Of a stretch of 36,845 nt of DNA, positions 15,385 to 24,810 are shown piece by piece (the stretch's first letter is position 1; each line of letters begins with the position of its first letter). Source of the DNA: a virus; the IMG/VR virus record IMGVR_UViG_3300045988_085549, positions 1-36,845 of that record; one strand, written 5' to 3'. Both the position numbers and the translations under genes were made by a program. Below the pieces are notes generated by a model. That model made no database searches. It worked only from the letters and a program-made list of their open reading frames with translations, and was not told the DNA's origin.

Positions 15385-16311
15385 TTAATCACTCCTTATC
15401 TTTGTTTTTATATATTGTATATTTTCATTTTGTATTTTGATACTGCCTAAATAATATTTGCCAGTATCTTCGTATGTAGGTTCACTATCTACATATACTA
15501 CTTTATATATTTTGTATTTATATATTATGTAATTATCTGTTGTTTGAGATGGTAATATATTTGAAAACGGTTGTATATCTTCACTTGGATATATTTGATT
15601 ATTTGTTTCTTTTGTTATTGGTAATTTAAACCCTAAAGGCTCGTCTATTTTTGATATATCTTCTCCTATTACATATTCTTTATTCATATAGTCTTTATCT
15701 TCTCCTAATCCTACCGAGTAAAGAAATACTGCTGTTATTGGTTCTTCAGCATCATAAGAAGTTTTCCTTAAATTTGTTAAATGTCTAGGATAGTCATAGC
15801 CTGTTATATCTAAATCAGTTGAGAAATTATCTACTCTTGAAATAGTTAATTTTTCTCCCTCTTGTATTATTATATTCATGTCTGATAAATCAACCCATGT
15901 CATTAATTTACCTGATATATCAAAACCTATTCCTGTTAATTTATGTCCTACTAAATAATTGTCATCTCCAAGATGTGTTGTTCCACCTATATAATACCAT
16001 GTGCCTTGTGTATATGTTTGAATTAATTTTATATTTTTCTTAGTATATGTTTGTGTATAATTTCCATCTAATAATTCCCCAGTAAAATTATATGTTCCGT
16101 CTGAATAATAATCCACTTCATCGTTTTTGTTTATTTCTTTTGATGTGTCTAATTGAAATATAACCCCTGTAAATATTGCACCATATAAATCACCATTATC
16201 CTCAAACTGCATATCTATTAAATGCTGTAAGTATCTATTTAATATCATGTTTTTACGAGTAAATACTCTTTTCCCTAAACTTACTTGTACATATTCATTA
16301 CTTACTTTCAT
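15385..16311 (-). CDS. Tail tip/baseplate structural protein (by position)
   Basis: 308 aa. Follows the distal-tail-protein position with a 4-nt overlap. Confidence 0.45.
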   Translation of the reverse strand: MKVSNEYVQVSLGKRVFTRKNMILNRYLQHLIDMQFEDNGDLYGAIFTGVIFQLDTSKEINKNDEVDYYSDGTYNFTGELLDGNYTQTYTKKNIKLIQTYTQGTWYYIGGTTHLGDDNYLVGHKLTGIGFDISGKLMTWVDLSDMNIIIQEGEKLTISRVDNFSTDLDITGYDYPRHLTNLRKTSYDAEEPITAVFLYSVGLGEDKDYMNKEYVIGEDISKIDEPLGFKLPITKETNNQIYPSEDIQPFSNILPSQTTDNYIIYKYKIYKVVYVDSEPTYEDTGKYYLGSIKIQNENIQYIKTKIRSD

Positions 16312-17846
16312 ATTTCCTCCTCATGTTCCTCATAGATGTTGTTTTCTTCATATTGTGCTGTTGTTAATACATAAGTTTTTGCTTCAATTTCTTGAGTTTC
16401 TGTCTTTCTAAATAAGTCTATAAAGTTGTCAAAGTAATTAGCATTTCTCACACTTATATTATACTCTATTTCTTCGTTAAAATCTATACTTTCAGTTATA
16501 TCAGTTATGATATAATCATCGTTTATATAGAAATTAGGTTTGTTTATTCTTATTAAATCCCCTGGAGATAAATTATAATTTTTGTCTACACCTAAAGTTA
16601 CTTTATCTACTTTTGTTTTATTTATTTTTAAGTGACTTTTTGCTATTTCTAACATTTCATTATAAGTATGCCATTGTTCTTTTAAATCTATCGTTTTTTC
16701 CACTATACCCGTTTTACTTATAATACCTTTCATACGTTCTATTTCTTTATTATGTATTATTTTAAGTCTAGTCCATGGTAAAGCTGTACAACTATATATT
16801 CCATCTATTTCTGTTATAGTTGTTGACCCATTATATCTAAAACCTATTACCAAATTACTAAAAAAACTATCTAATATTAATTCAAAGTCTTTTTTTGTTT
16901 CTGAATTGCTGTTTCCTATTTTAACATTGTTAGGTACTACTAAATTTTCACCATCTACTGATATTTCAAAACTTTTTTCTGCTTCATTACTATCATATCC
17001 TGTAAAACCTAGTCCTATATCAGTAAAATATCTTGATTGACCTCCACTTAATTCATCACTTGCTCTTCTTATGTTTTTAGGATTTATATCTACTGGATAT
17101 TCAAAATATACTTCGTCTCCATTTTTTATTTTTAAGTCATTGCTTATTAGTGGATAGCTTACTACATAATTAGGGTCACTATTACTTATTGCATACATCC
17201 TGAAATTAGTAAAGTTTATTTCATTATAATAATCAGTTGCTTCTATACTTGGTTCTATTTTGAATAAGCCATCCCAACGATCATTATATACTACTTTAGG
17301 TTCTAAATTCATTAAATAACTTATATCATTAATATAAATGTTTTTTAATTCGTCTATATACCAAAATATATTATATTTATTAGATATTTTATTAAAACCA
17401 TCTTCACAAGTTGCAGTTAAGAAGTTAGTTGTTACTTGATGGTCTGCTATGTTTACTTCTTTTAATACAAAGCCATCGTCTATTAAAGGTTGAGCTATTA
17501 TTTCTACAAGTCTTTTTAATCTAAATGTTCCTATTGCATTAAAAGTTCTGTGTGTAGCCATAGCCATCGGGCTTAATAACTCTATTTGTAACTCTCTATC
17601 TTCATCTTCTAATTTCATTGATGGTAATTTAAACTTGTTAACATACCCTGTAAATTGTATTTTATCATTGTTTTTTAATTGTACTTCTTGATATTTGTAA
17701 GGTAGGCTTTCAATAGAATACCCTGTAAAGTCTACTGATATACTATTGAAAGTTACTTCCCTACTTGATTTTTTTATTTGATATTTACCAATTAATTTTA
17801 ATTCTACATCTCCATTAGGAGTTTTATATGCTAATTTATACATCAT
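16308..17846 (-). CDS. Distal tail protein-like structural protein (by position after the tape measure)
   Basis: 512 aa. The start overlaps the tape-measure stop by 11 nt. Assignment rests on synteny only. Confidence 0.5.
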   Translation of the reverse strand: MMYKLAYKTPNGDVELKLIGKYQIKKSSREVTFNSISVDFTGYSIESLPYKYQEVQLKNNDKIQFTGYVNKFKLPSMKLEDEDRELQIELLSPMAMATHRTFNAIGTFRLKRLVEIIAQPLIDDGFVLKEVNIADHQVTTNFLTATCEDGFNKISNKYNIFWYIDELKNIYINDISYLMNLEPKVVYNDRWDGLFKIEPSIEATDYYNEINFTNFRMYAISNSDPNYVVSYPLISNDLKIKNGDEVYFEYPVDINPKNIRRASDELSGGQSRYFTDIGLGFTGYDSNEAEKSFEISVDGENLVVPNNVKIGNSNSETKKDFELILDSFFSNLVIGFRYNGSTTITEIDGIYSCTALPWTRLKIIHNKEIERMKGIISKTGIVEKTIDLKEQWHTYNEMLEIAKSHLKINKTKVDKVTLGVDKNYNLSPGDLIRINKPNFYINDDYIITDITESIDFNEEIEYNISVRNANYFDNFIDLFRKTETQEIEAKTYVLTTAQYEENNIYEEHEEEI

Positions 17847-20046
17847 ATCCTCCTTGCTTGAATGTTTGTGCTATACTTGGTGTTATTATTCTTCCAACTC
17901 TTTCGTTATCCATTTCTACATCTGCTTTTATATCTATTGCTACTGGTGTTGTAAAGAAAGCTTTATTATATACATCTCCACTTATAGCATTTAAACTCAA
18001 CTTACTATTTTCTACTGAAATAGCTTTGTCTATTTGGTCATACATATCATCTATGGAATCTAATACACTATCAGTATTTGCTTCTATTCCTATGGAAACA
18101 CCACTTGGAATATATTTACCTATTTCATCAGCCATAAGTTTTGATGGAGAATGAATACCAAATATTGACTTAAATTTATTTACTATTTTGTCTTTAACTC
18201 CAAGTACTGCATTTTTTACAGCAGTTCCTATATTTTTAAATCCGTTTAGTATACCCTCTATTATATTTTTACCTAAGTTTTTCCAATCTGTATTTTTAAT
18301 AGTTTCTTTAAAACTTTTAAATAATCCTGATATAATCTTTGGTACTGCTAATATTAAATTAGGTATATTTTTTATTAATGCTTCTGCTAGTGATAATATT
18401 AGTTTCGGTCCTATAGAAGCTATTTTTAGTAACATTTCAGGTTTAGTTAATGCTGTTACTATGCTTACTATTATTTCAGGTATAGAAGCTACTATAGTAG
18501 GTATAGCATTTAATATTCCATCAAGTAAACCCATAGCTAAATCTATTCCAGCTATAAGCATATCAGGGACATGACTTATTATCATAGGAATTATTTTTAA
18601 TAGTGAATCTATTATTTGAGGTAATAATTCAGGTAGTCTTTCAGCTAGTGATTGTACTACAGAAATAGCTAGTGTATACAATGTATCTAATATCTGAGGT
18701 GCCATATTCAAGAAAGTCTGTATTAATTGAAACAAAATACTTATTACTGAATTTATTATAGTAGGTGCATTATCATTTATTAAATTAAGTAATTCTTCAA
18801 GTAATTTTTCTCCTGCCTCTAATATTTCAGGTAAATTATTTTCTACACTATCTGCAAATTTTTTAACTAATTCTGGAGCTTTCTTTTCTGCTGTTTTAAT
18901 CCATTTATCTATTTCTTTTCCGAAGTTCTTTTCTAATGCTCCAAGTCCAGCTATTATTGCTCCACCTAATGTTGCTAGTTTTAATATTTCAAATATAGCT
19001 GTTGTAGTTGTTCCAGCTTTTCCTATAATACTAGCCATGCTACCATCTAAAAAACCAAACTTATCGCCTAATTTTAATACACTATCTCCTAATAAACTTG
19101 TTCCACTATTTAAGCTATCAAATAACGGATTAGCAACTTTTAAAGCACTTGCTACACCTAATAATACAGGTGCTAGTTTAATTAAATCAGGCAATCTTTC
19201 TGCTACTTTATCTAAAGCTATTTTAGAATTTTTACCAAAGTTTTCTATTATTTTATTTATTCCACCTAAACCATTTTCTTCTAATAGTTTATTTAGTGAA
19301 TCTATTATATCAGTAACACCTTTAACTATTTGTGTCTTTGCTACTGTTATTGATGTCCCTATACCAGCTATACCATTTCTTGCTTGTTCGCTTAAACTTG
19401 GTAATTCTCCTATTCCCTCGTTGTTAAGTTGAATAATAGTATCAAAAAACTCATCCATTGTTTCTTTTGTACCATCGCCTTGTCTTAACATTTCTCCTAG
19501 TTCATCAGTTGTTAATCCCATAGCTTCTGCTACTTGTTTTAATTGAGCTGGCATTGCCATTTGTAGAGTTCTCCACTCCATCATATCAAATTTTCCTTTA
19601 GAATATGCTTGTGAAAGTTGTTCTAAGGCACTTGCTTGAATTTCTGAAGAAGCTCCTCCAGCTAATATTGCATTATTTAATGCTAAGAATATATCAGTTG
19701 ACTTTTCTATGTCCCCATTTGCACTTGTAAATCTTTGTACTGCTAATGCTCCTTGATCAAGTGTTGTAGGTAGTCCTGATAATTCTTTACTCATCCTATC
19801 TATTGACTTCTGTGATTTACTTGTTTCTATTCCTAAGTTTTTCATTACTTTAGGAAAATTATTTAATGTATCATATCTTGTAATAGCTCCATCTAGTGAA
19901 CCCTCTATTACTGAACCTACTTTTCTAAAGGCGTCTGCTAATAAATTACCAAAAGCTATTGTTTTTGCACTTATTCCATCTAATCCTTGTGTTAAACCTT
20001 GCGTATTTAATTCAGTTTTATATGTTAATGTTCCTGCTATTGCCAT
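17836..20046 (-). CDS. Tail tape measure protein
   Basis: 736 aa and the largest gene. Ala/Leu/Ile/Gly-rich helical sequence. Located between the chaperone genes and the distal tail genes. Confidence 0.85.
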   Translation of the reverse strand: MAIAGTLTYKTELNTQGLTQGLDGISAKTIAFGNLLADAFRKVGSVIEGSLDGAITRYDTLNNFPKVMKNLGIETSKSQKSIDRMSKELSGLPTTLDQGALAVQRFTSANGDIEKSTDIFLALNNAILAGGASSEIQASALEQLSQAYSKGKFDMMEWRTLQMAMPAQLKQVAEAMGLTTDELGEMLRQGDGTKETMDEFFDTIIQLNNEGIGELPSLSEQARNGIAGIGTSITVAKTQIVKGVTDIIDSLNKLLEENGLGGINKIIENFGKNSKIALDKVAERLPDLIKLAPVLLGVASALKVANPLFDSLNSGTSLLGDSVLKLGDKFGFLDGSMASIIGKAGTTTTAIFEILKLATLGGAIIAGLGALEKNFGKEIDKWIKTAEKKAPELVKKFADSVENNLPEILEAGEKLLEELLNLINDNAPTIINSVISILFQLIQTFLNMAPQILDTLYTLAISVVQSLAERLPELLPQIIDSLLKIIPMIISHVPDMLIAGIDLAMGLLDGILNAIPTIVASIPEIIVSIVTALTKPEMLLKIASIGPKLILSLAEALIKNIPNLILAVPKIISGLFKSFKETIKNTDWKNLGKNIIEGILNGFKNIGTAVKNAVLGVKDKIVNKFKSIFGIHSPSKLMADEIGKYIPSGVSIGIEANTDSVLDSIDDMYDQIDKAISVENSKLSLNAISGDVYNKAFFTTPVAIDIKADVEMDNERVGRIITPSIAQTFKQGGYDV

Positions 20047-20058
20047 TGTTTTTCCTTT

Positions 20059-20619
20059 CTACTTTAGCTTCTCATATAATTCATCAAGTCTTTTCTGCTC
20101 TTTTTCAGGTATTGGTAATTCCCAATATTGTTTTAAGTCTATCATATCTTTATCATCGCCTTTATAAGATCTATAACTTTGTATCTCATTAAATTTAGTC
20201 TTATGTAATGATTTTAATAAAGCTTTGAACTTCCACCAATGAATTTTATCTTTTGTTAAGTCTATTCTATATTTTTCATAGAAAGCTCCATATATGTATT
20301 CATCATCATATTTATAATTAAATAATCTGTTTTGCGGTGTTCCACCACTTCTTCCTTTGTGATAATCTTCTTTACCACATTTATAAAACCATACTAGCTT
20401 ATTCCATGCTTCCTTAAACAATTCTTCATCTCTCAATATTAAACTACTTTTACCATAAAAAAAGGGATAGAAATGCTCTAAACACCAACAAATCGTTTCC
20501 AGTTTATCTGCACTCCTATCCATGATTTTTTCTTCGATTTTTATTATATGTCTAAAGTCTACATTTATTTTATATTTTTTTCCTTTTAATTTTATAAAAT
20601 AAGGTAGCTGACTAAACAT
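20059..20619 (-). CDS. Gp15-family tail assembly protein (putative)
   Basis: 186 aa. The N-terminus MFSQLPYFIKLKGKKYKINVDFRHIIKIEE resembles the phage Gp15 family. Lies immediately upstream of the tape measure. Confidence 0.45.
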   Translation of the reverse strand: MFSQLPYFIKLKGKKYKINVDFRHIIKIEEKIMDRSADKLETICWCLEHFYPFFYGKSSLILRDEELFKEAWNKLVWFYKCGKEDYHKGRSGGTPQNRLFNYKYDDEYIYGAFYEKYRIDLTKDKIHWWKFKALLKSLHKTKFNEIQSYRSYKGDDKDMIDLKQYWELPIPEKEQKRLDELYEKLK

Positions 20620-20620
20620 A

Positions 20621-20989
20621 TTAATATCTCCTTCTTCTCTTATATCTATTAATATTATTATACGTACTATTTAGTTTCTTGCTTACATCTTGAAATGGTT
20701 TTGTTATTTTATTAGATATACTTTCTACATAAGCTTCATATATACCTAATAATATTCTTTCACCCATTTTATCATCTAATTCTATATTATTCTTACTTAA
20801 TTCTTCTTTAATTTTATCGACTGCTCCATCACCTAAAAATTTATCTATTACATTAAATATTTCGCTTTTATCTTCATCTACTTTTCTTATTTCTTCTACA
20901 TTACGATCGTTTATATCTAATTCAAATTCTATTCCTAATATCTTTATTTTTTCTTTCTTAGTTAAATCTTCTAATTTTATTTCTTTCAT
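20621..20989 (-). CDS. Tail assembly chaperone (by position)
   Basis: 122 aa, acidic with a basic tail (KRRRRY). Lies between the tube and tape-measure genes. Confidence 0.5.
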   Translation of the reverse strand: MKEIKLEDLTKKEKIKILGIEFELDINDRNVEEIRKVDEDKSEIFNVIDKFLGDGAVDKIKEELSKNNIELDDKMGERILLGIYEAYVESISNKITKPFQDVSKKLNSTYNNINRYKRRRRY

Positions 20990-21027
20990 TATTTCTCCCT
21001 TATATTAATATGTTTATAACTCCTTAA

Positions 21028-21549
21028 TTATGCGTTTTCTGTAAATGTTTTAGTTGCAGTTGCAAATGTTCCATATTTAAAATCACCAATACCTTTTAGG
21101 TTTCCACTAAATGTTATTGTTTCTCCTGGATTAGCTTCTTTGCTTTCAATAACTGCACTTACTTCGATTTTTCTTGCTTGATATGTTCCTGATGTTGTAG
21201 TTTCGTTCCATAACTCAACTATATAAAAATCAAACTTAGCGTCTGCTCCTGTTTTTCTTTGTCTAAATACATCATATAAAGCCTCTACTACTGCATTATT
21301 TTTAATTAAATCACTTGTAATAGGGAATTGATTATCATAACCAGTTACTTTATTAGAAACTGCTTTATCTCCTATGTATTGAGTTGATTTTTCAATAGGA
21401 TTAGAGCTTTCGTTTAGTTGAGTAATACCTACGTTCATTAATTGAATATTAGGTGTTTCAGATGTTCCTAAATCAATGTAATAAGCTTCATCATAAGTCA
21501 TTACTTCTGCTTCACCATCAGCAAATCTTTGAATATCTAATTTTAACAT
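21028..21549 (-). CDS. Major tail (tube) protein with L27-like N-terminal leader
   Basis: 173 aa. Position and size fit siphovirus tube proteins. The N-terminus MLKLDIQRFADGE mimics the Firmicute L27 propeptide. Confidence 0.6.
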   Translation of the reverse strand: MLKLDIQRFADGEAEVMTYDEAYYIDLGTSETPNIQLMNVGITQLNESSNPIEKSTQYIGDKAVSNKVTGYDNQFPITSDLIKNNAVVEALYDVFRQRKTGADAKFDFYIVELWNETTTSGTYQARKIEVSAVIESKEANPGETITFSGNLKGIGDFKYGTFATATKTFTENA

Positions 21550-21564
21550 TTTTATTCCTCCTTT

Positions 21565-21978
21565 TTAAAATGTTGTTATTGTAAAATATAATTGTATAGC
21601 ATAATTACTTATTGTTCCATCTTCTGCAACTTCATAAGTAATTTGATTAGCACATCTCATACTTGTGCATTGCTTCCCATCTATTGTTGGAAAATTTCTT
21701 AATTCATTTTGTTTATATATATCATCTACTAAATTATCTAACCAGTCAAAATTTTGTATTTTAGTGCTGTTTCCCTCACTATTTTCTTTCAAGTATAACA
21801 TATATTGGTATTCTTCTTTTCTTCCTTTTAAATACCTTTGAATAAGCTCTACTCCACTACGTTGCAAAGCTAACATCTTTGTATCATCAGGAAGTTCCTC
21901 TATATCTATATCATAATTTTCACTTATTAAAGGTCTTGTTAATAACCAGTCATTTATTCCTTTTGTTATTCCATCCAT
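21565..21978 (-). CDS. Tail terminator / head-tail joining protein (by position)
   Basis: 137 aa. Fourth gene of the connector block between the capsid and tube genes. Confidence 0.45.
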   Translation of the reverse strand: MDGITKGINDWLLTRPLISENYDIDIEELPDDTKMLALQRSGVELIQRYLKGRKEEYQYMLYLKENSEGNSTKIQNFDWLDNLVDDIYKQNELRNFPTIDGKQCTSMRCANQITYEVAEDGTISNYAIQLYFTITTF

Positions 21979-22325
21979 TATTTACTCACTTTCCTAGCAT
22001 ACGAGCTTAATTCTCTTCCTATGCTATCTTTTTTATCTGCTACCATACGTTCAAAAGGTCTTGTACCTCTTTTACCTCTTCTTTTCTTTATTCGTTTAGA
22101 ATAAGCTTGAATTTCTGCATAAGGTACCATAATGTGTACATATCCACTACCTGGCACTAAAGAACTTAATATTGACTTCTCTTGTGTACCACTTTTAAAT
22201 GATACATAAGGTTGTAAATTTTCAGCTACTCTTGTGTCTAGATATTTTTGTACTAATCCTTTTTCATTTATTGATAGGTCTTTTAATATAGCATTTATAG
22301 GTCTTTTTTTTAGTTGATAACTCAT
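21978..22325 (-). CDS. Head-tail joining protein (by position)
   Basis: 115 aa. Overlapping start/stop codons with both neighbours. Confidence 0.45.
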   Translation of the reverse strand: MSYQLKKRPINAILKDLSINEKGLVQKYLDTRVAENLQPYVSFKSGTQEKSILSSLVPGSGYVHIMVPYAEIQAYSKRIKKRRGKRGTRPFERMVADKKDSIGRELSSYARKVSK

Positions 22326-22678
22326 ACTGCTCCTATTTTAATATGGTCTAGTTCTTCTCCATAAATATGTCTATCAATAGAAGTTATTTTATATGTGTTA
22401 CTTTCTCCATAAGCTTCTCTTAATTCAGTTAAACCACTACTATAACTTATTTCATCATTTACACTTTTATTTACTATTAAATCTTCTTTTTCTACTTCAT
22501 ATTCTTTATTATCAGATTCAAATACTCTTATTAGTACTTTATCAGTTGAACTAACACCAGTATTATTTCGATTCAATATAGATGTATCTCTTACACTTGC
22601 TATTAAGTTATACCTTTTATATTGCTTTTTAGTTTTATCTCTATGATATAGTGTTATCTCTTGCTTTGGAAAGTCCAT
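22322..22678 (-). CDS. Head closure / head-tail adaptor protein (by position)
   Basis: 118 aa in the connector block. Confidence 0.45.
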   Translation of the reverse strand: MDFPKQEITLYHRDKTKKQYKRYNLIASVRDTSILNRNNTGVSSTDKVLIRVFESDNKEYEVEKEDLIVNKSVNDEISYSSGLTELREAYGESNTYKITSIDRHIYGEELDHIKIGAV

Positions 22679-23013
22679 TAGATATACCTCGTTAATTCCT
22701 GTGGTAAATAATCAAATATTTTTTCTTTGTCTTTTTTTGTTTCTTCCAAAGTCTTTATTGTCTTACTTACCCCGTCTATTGATATACTTTTTACATTTCC
22801 AATTTTCTCTGTCTTTAGATAATCTATTAGCATACAAGTTGTATATTTTATTTTATAACCATCGTCACTCTTTAAATCTTCTTTAGTAAGTTTTCTATTT
22901 ACATTATTTTGTATTTCAAAACTTGCTTTCTTTATTAAAGAATTAAAGAGGTCTCTAGATAAAGAGCCTTTATATTCGTTCATGTAAAACTCATAGTCAG
23001 CTAGTTCTATCAT
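22678..23013 (-). CDS. Head-tail connector (gp6-like) protein
   Basis: 111 aa. The N-terminus LADYEFYMNEYKGSLSRDLFNSLIKKASFEI is typical of head-tail connector / DNA-packaging family proteins. Confidence 0.55.
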   Translation of the reverse strand: MIELADYEFYMNEYKGSLSRDLFNSLIKKASFEIQNNVNRKLTKEDLKSDDGYKIKYTTCMLIDYLKTEKIGNVKSISIDGVSKTIKTLEETKKDKEKIFDYLPQELTRYI

Positions 23014-23029
23014 AGTAAACCTCCTTTTC

Positions 23030-23173
23030 TTATTTAGATTTTTTAGTTTCTTTGATTATTGGTTCTTTAACTTCTTTTTTTACTTTGATTTCTACAAAAC
23101 CATCGTTTAAATATCTATTTAACTCTTCTTCTGATACTTTGTATTGTACATTTTCTTTTTGTACTATTACCAT
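23030..23173 (-). CDS. Small hypothetical protein (47 aa, not in the ORF track)
   Basis: RBS AGAGGA plus ATG at 23173. Translation: MVIVQKENVQYKVSEEELNRYLNDGFVEIKVKKEVKEPIIKETKKSK. It fills the gap between the capsid and connector genes. Confidence 0.45.
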   Translation of the reverse strand: MVIVQKENVQYKVSEEELNRYLNDGFVEIKVKKEVKEPIIKETKKSK

Positions 23174-23183
23174 TTTATTCCTC

Positions 23184-24101
23184 TTATTCTACTGCAGTTG
23201 TATCTAAGTCTACATAGATACTATCAATGTTTCCATCTTTTCCATTAGGGAATACAAATGTATCATAGTGAGCTCTATTTTGATATAAATATCCATCACC
23301 CTCAGTATGTTCTCCTGGTGCAAAGAAGTAAATAGAAGCTATTTTTGGTACCATTTTAGTTGTTAATGGTGTACAAGCTAACATATTAATTTTGAAAGCT
23401 CCTGTTGCTGGTTCATATCCATCTGTAAAGTCGAATGCTGAATAGAATCTATCATCATCAATTACTTCTACAATTGGAGTTCCGTCTATTGATGTAATTC
23501 TTGTTTGAATAGCTTTACCACCTTGTACTATTGTTGTACTTTCCATTGTATGAGTAAGTTCTCCAGAAAGTGCTAGTAAATCCATTAGTTCAGGTGCTAG
23601 ATATACTATTAATCCTTTGTTTCTATATCTTCTTACTTTTCCTATGAATGCTGATACTTTGCTGTAAATATTATCTTTTGTATAAGTATTTCTTGCAGTA
23701 GATGTTTTTAAGTTGTTTGTTGTTGCAACAGTTGCTACTTTACTGAAGAAATATGCGTCTTTTTCAGGTACTGCTTGTGTTTTTTCAAATGTTTCTGATA
23801 CATTTTCAACAGTTGCAGTTCTATTAGATTCGTCTACTTCTCTCTTATCCATAAAGAACTCTACATCTCTATCTTGTGTAACTGTAAATACTTTATCAGC
23901 TTCTACGATAGGTTGTCTATTCCATCCTCCGTTTAAGCTATGAGCTTTATATCCTCCTACTTGTAATGTTGTAAAATGAAAGTTCTTTGCGTCTAACCAT
24001 TCTACATTAGTTGTAATAAATGGTGCTACATAAGAACCCTCAATAAATGTGTCAATTAATTTTCTTTCATATTTTGAAGCATAATTTATTGTATTTGCCA
24101 T
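23184..24101 (-). CDS. Major capsid protein
   Basis: 305 aa. Follows the scaffold gene. Less AT-rich than the early genes (30 G+C in nt 23201-23300 by hand count). N-terminus MANTINYASKYERKLIDTFIEGSYV. Confidence 0.8.
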   Translation of the reverse strand: MANTINYASKYERKLIDTFIEGSYVAPFITTNVEWLDAKNFHFTTLQVGGYKAHSLNGGWNRQPIVEADKVFTVTQDRDVEFFMDKREVDESNRTATVENVSETFEKTQAVPEKDAYFFSKVATVATTNNLKTSTARNTYTKDNIYSKVSAFIGKVRRYRNKGLIVYLAPELMDLLALSGELTHTMESTTIVQGGKAIQTRITSIDGTPIVEVIDDDRFYSAFDFTDGYEPATGAFKINMLACTPLTTKMVPKIASIYFFAPGEHTEGDGYLYQNRAHYDTFVFPNGKDGNIDSIYVDLDTTAVE

Positions 24102-24122
24102 TTTTTATCATCCTTTCTTTTT

Positions 24123-24719
24123 TTAAAATCCCCTAAACATAGGGTTTAGTTTTAATTCTTGCTTTCCAGGTTTTCCACGATCATTATGGTCTACACCTGT
24201 TTCTACTTTTATGCCTTCTTGTTTTTCTACAAAGAAAGCATTGGGATCATATTCTTGATAATCTTTTTTAAAATCATCATATCCCTTTAGTGTTCCATCT
24301 TCAGCAAATTCTAAATTCTTGTCTAACAATTTTTCATAGTATGAACTTTGACTTGATTTACTTGAAAACTTTTCATCTTTGATATAGTCTTTAAGTTTGA
24401 TTTCATATTCTCTCTTGTCATACTTATCATTTAATGCTTTTGTGTCCTCATCGTATTTCTTTTGAAGTTCATCTATTTTTTGTTGCATTTCATCAGGATT
24501 TACCTTTGATAACTCTTGTACTTTCTCGTTGGTTTCTTTTAGTTGATTTTCTAGGTCTTTCTTTGTTTCGTTTAAGCTATCAAATTTGGCTTTTGGAATA
24601 TAGGTACCATCATTTATAATTAATTCCTTTTCTCCATATTTAGTTTTTACCTCTTCAGGTAAGCTTTCAAAAACTTCTTTTCCTACAATATCTTCTAATT
24701 TTTCCATTTTTTCCTCCAT
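24123..24719 (-). CDS. Scaffolding protein
   Basis: 198 aa. Highly charged, Glu/Lys-rich, helical. Lies between the MuF-like and capsid genes. The true start may be the ATG at 24707 (GGAGG 6 nt upstream). Confidence 0.65.
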   Translation of the reverse strand: MEEKMEKLEDIVGKEVFESLPEEVKTKYGEKELIINDGTYIPKAKFDSLNETKKDLENQLKETNEKVQELSKVNPDEMQQKIDELQKKYDEDTKALNDKYDKREYEIKLKDYIKDEKFSSKSSQSSYYEKLLDKNLEFAEDGTLKGYDDFKKDYQEYDPNAFFVEKQEGIKVETGVDHNDRGKPGKQELKLNPMFRGF

Positions 24720-24780
24720 ATTTACCTTTATTTAAAACGTCGGCTCCGTTCTATGTAGTAGAGCTTTAACACTCACTTAT

Positions 24781-24810
24781 ATTATACTACAAAACCAACA
24801 TTTAGGTCAA
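24781..24810 (-). promoter_or_regulatory. Sigma-A-type promoter (TTGACC, 18 nt, TATAAT) ahead of scaffold and capsid genes
   Basis: Minus strand reads TTGACCtaaatgttggttttgtagTATAATataagtg. It shares the GTAGTATAATATA-R-GTG box with the promoter at 32091..32119. Confidence 0.55.

Noticed and set aside
20610-20630. Programmed -1 frameshift between the two genes upstream of the tape measure (gpG/gpGT paradigm)
   Set aside because: The first ORF ends with a normal stop, followed by TAATATG with its own SD (GAAGGAGAT). No slippery heptamer or extended overlapping frame is visible.
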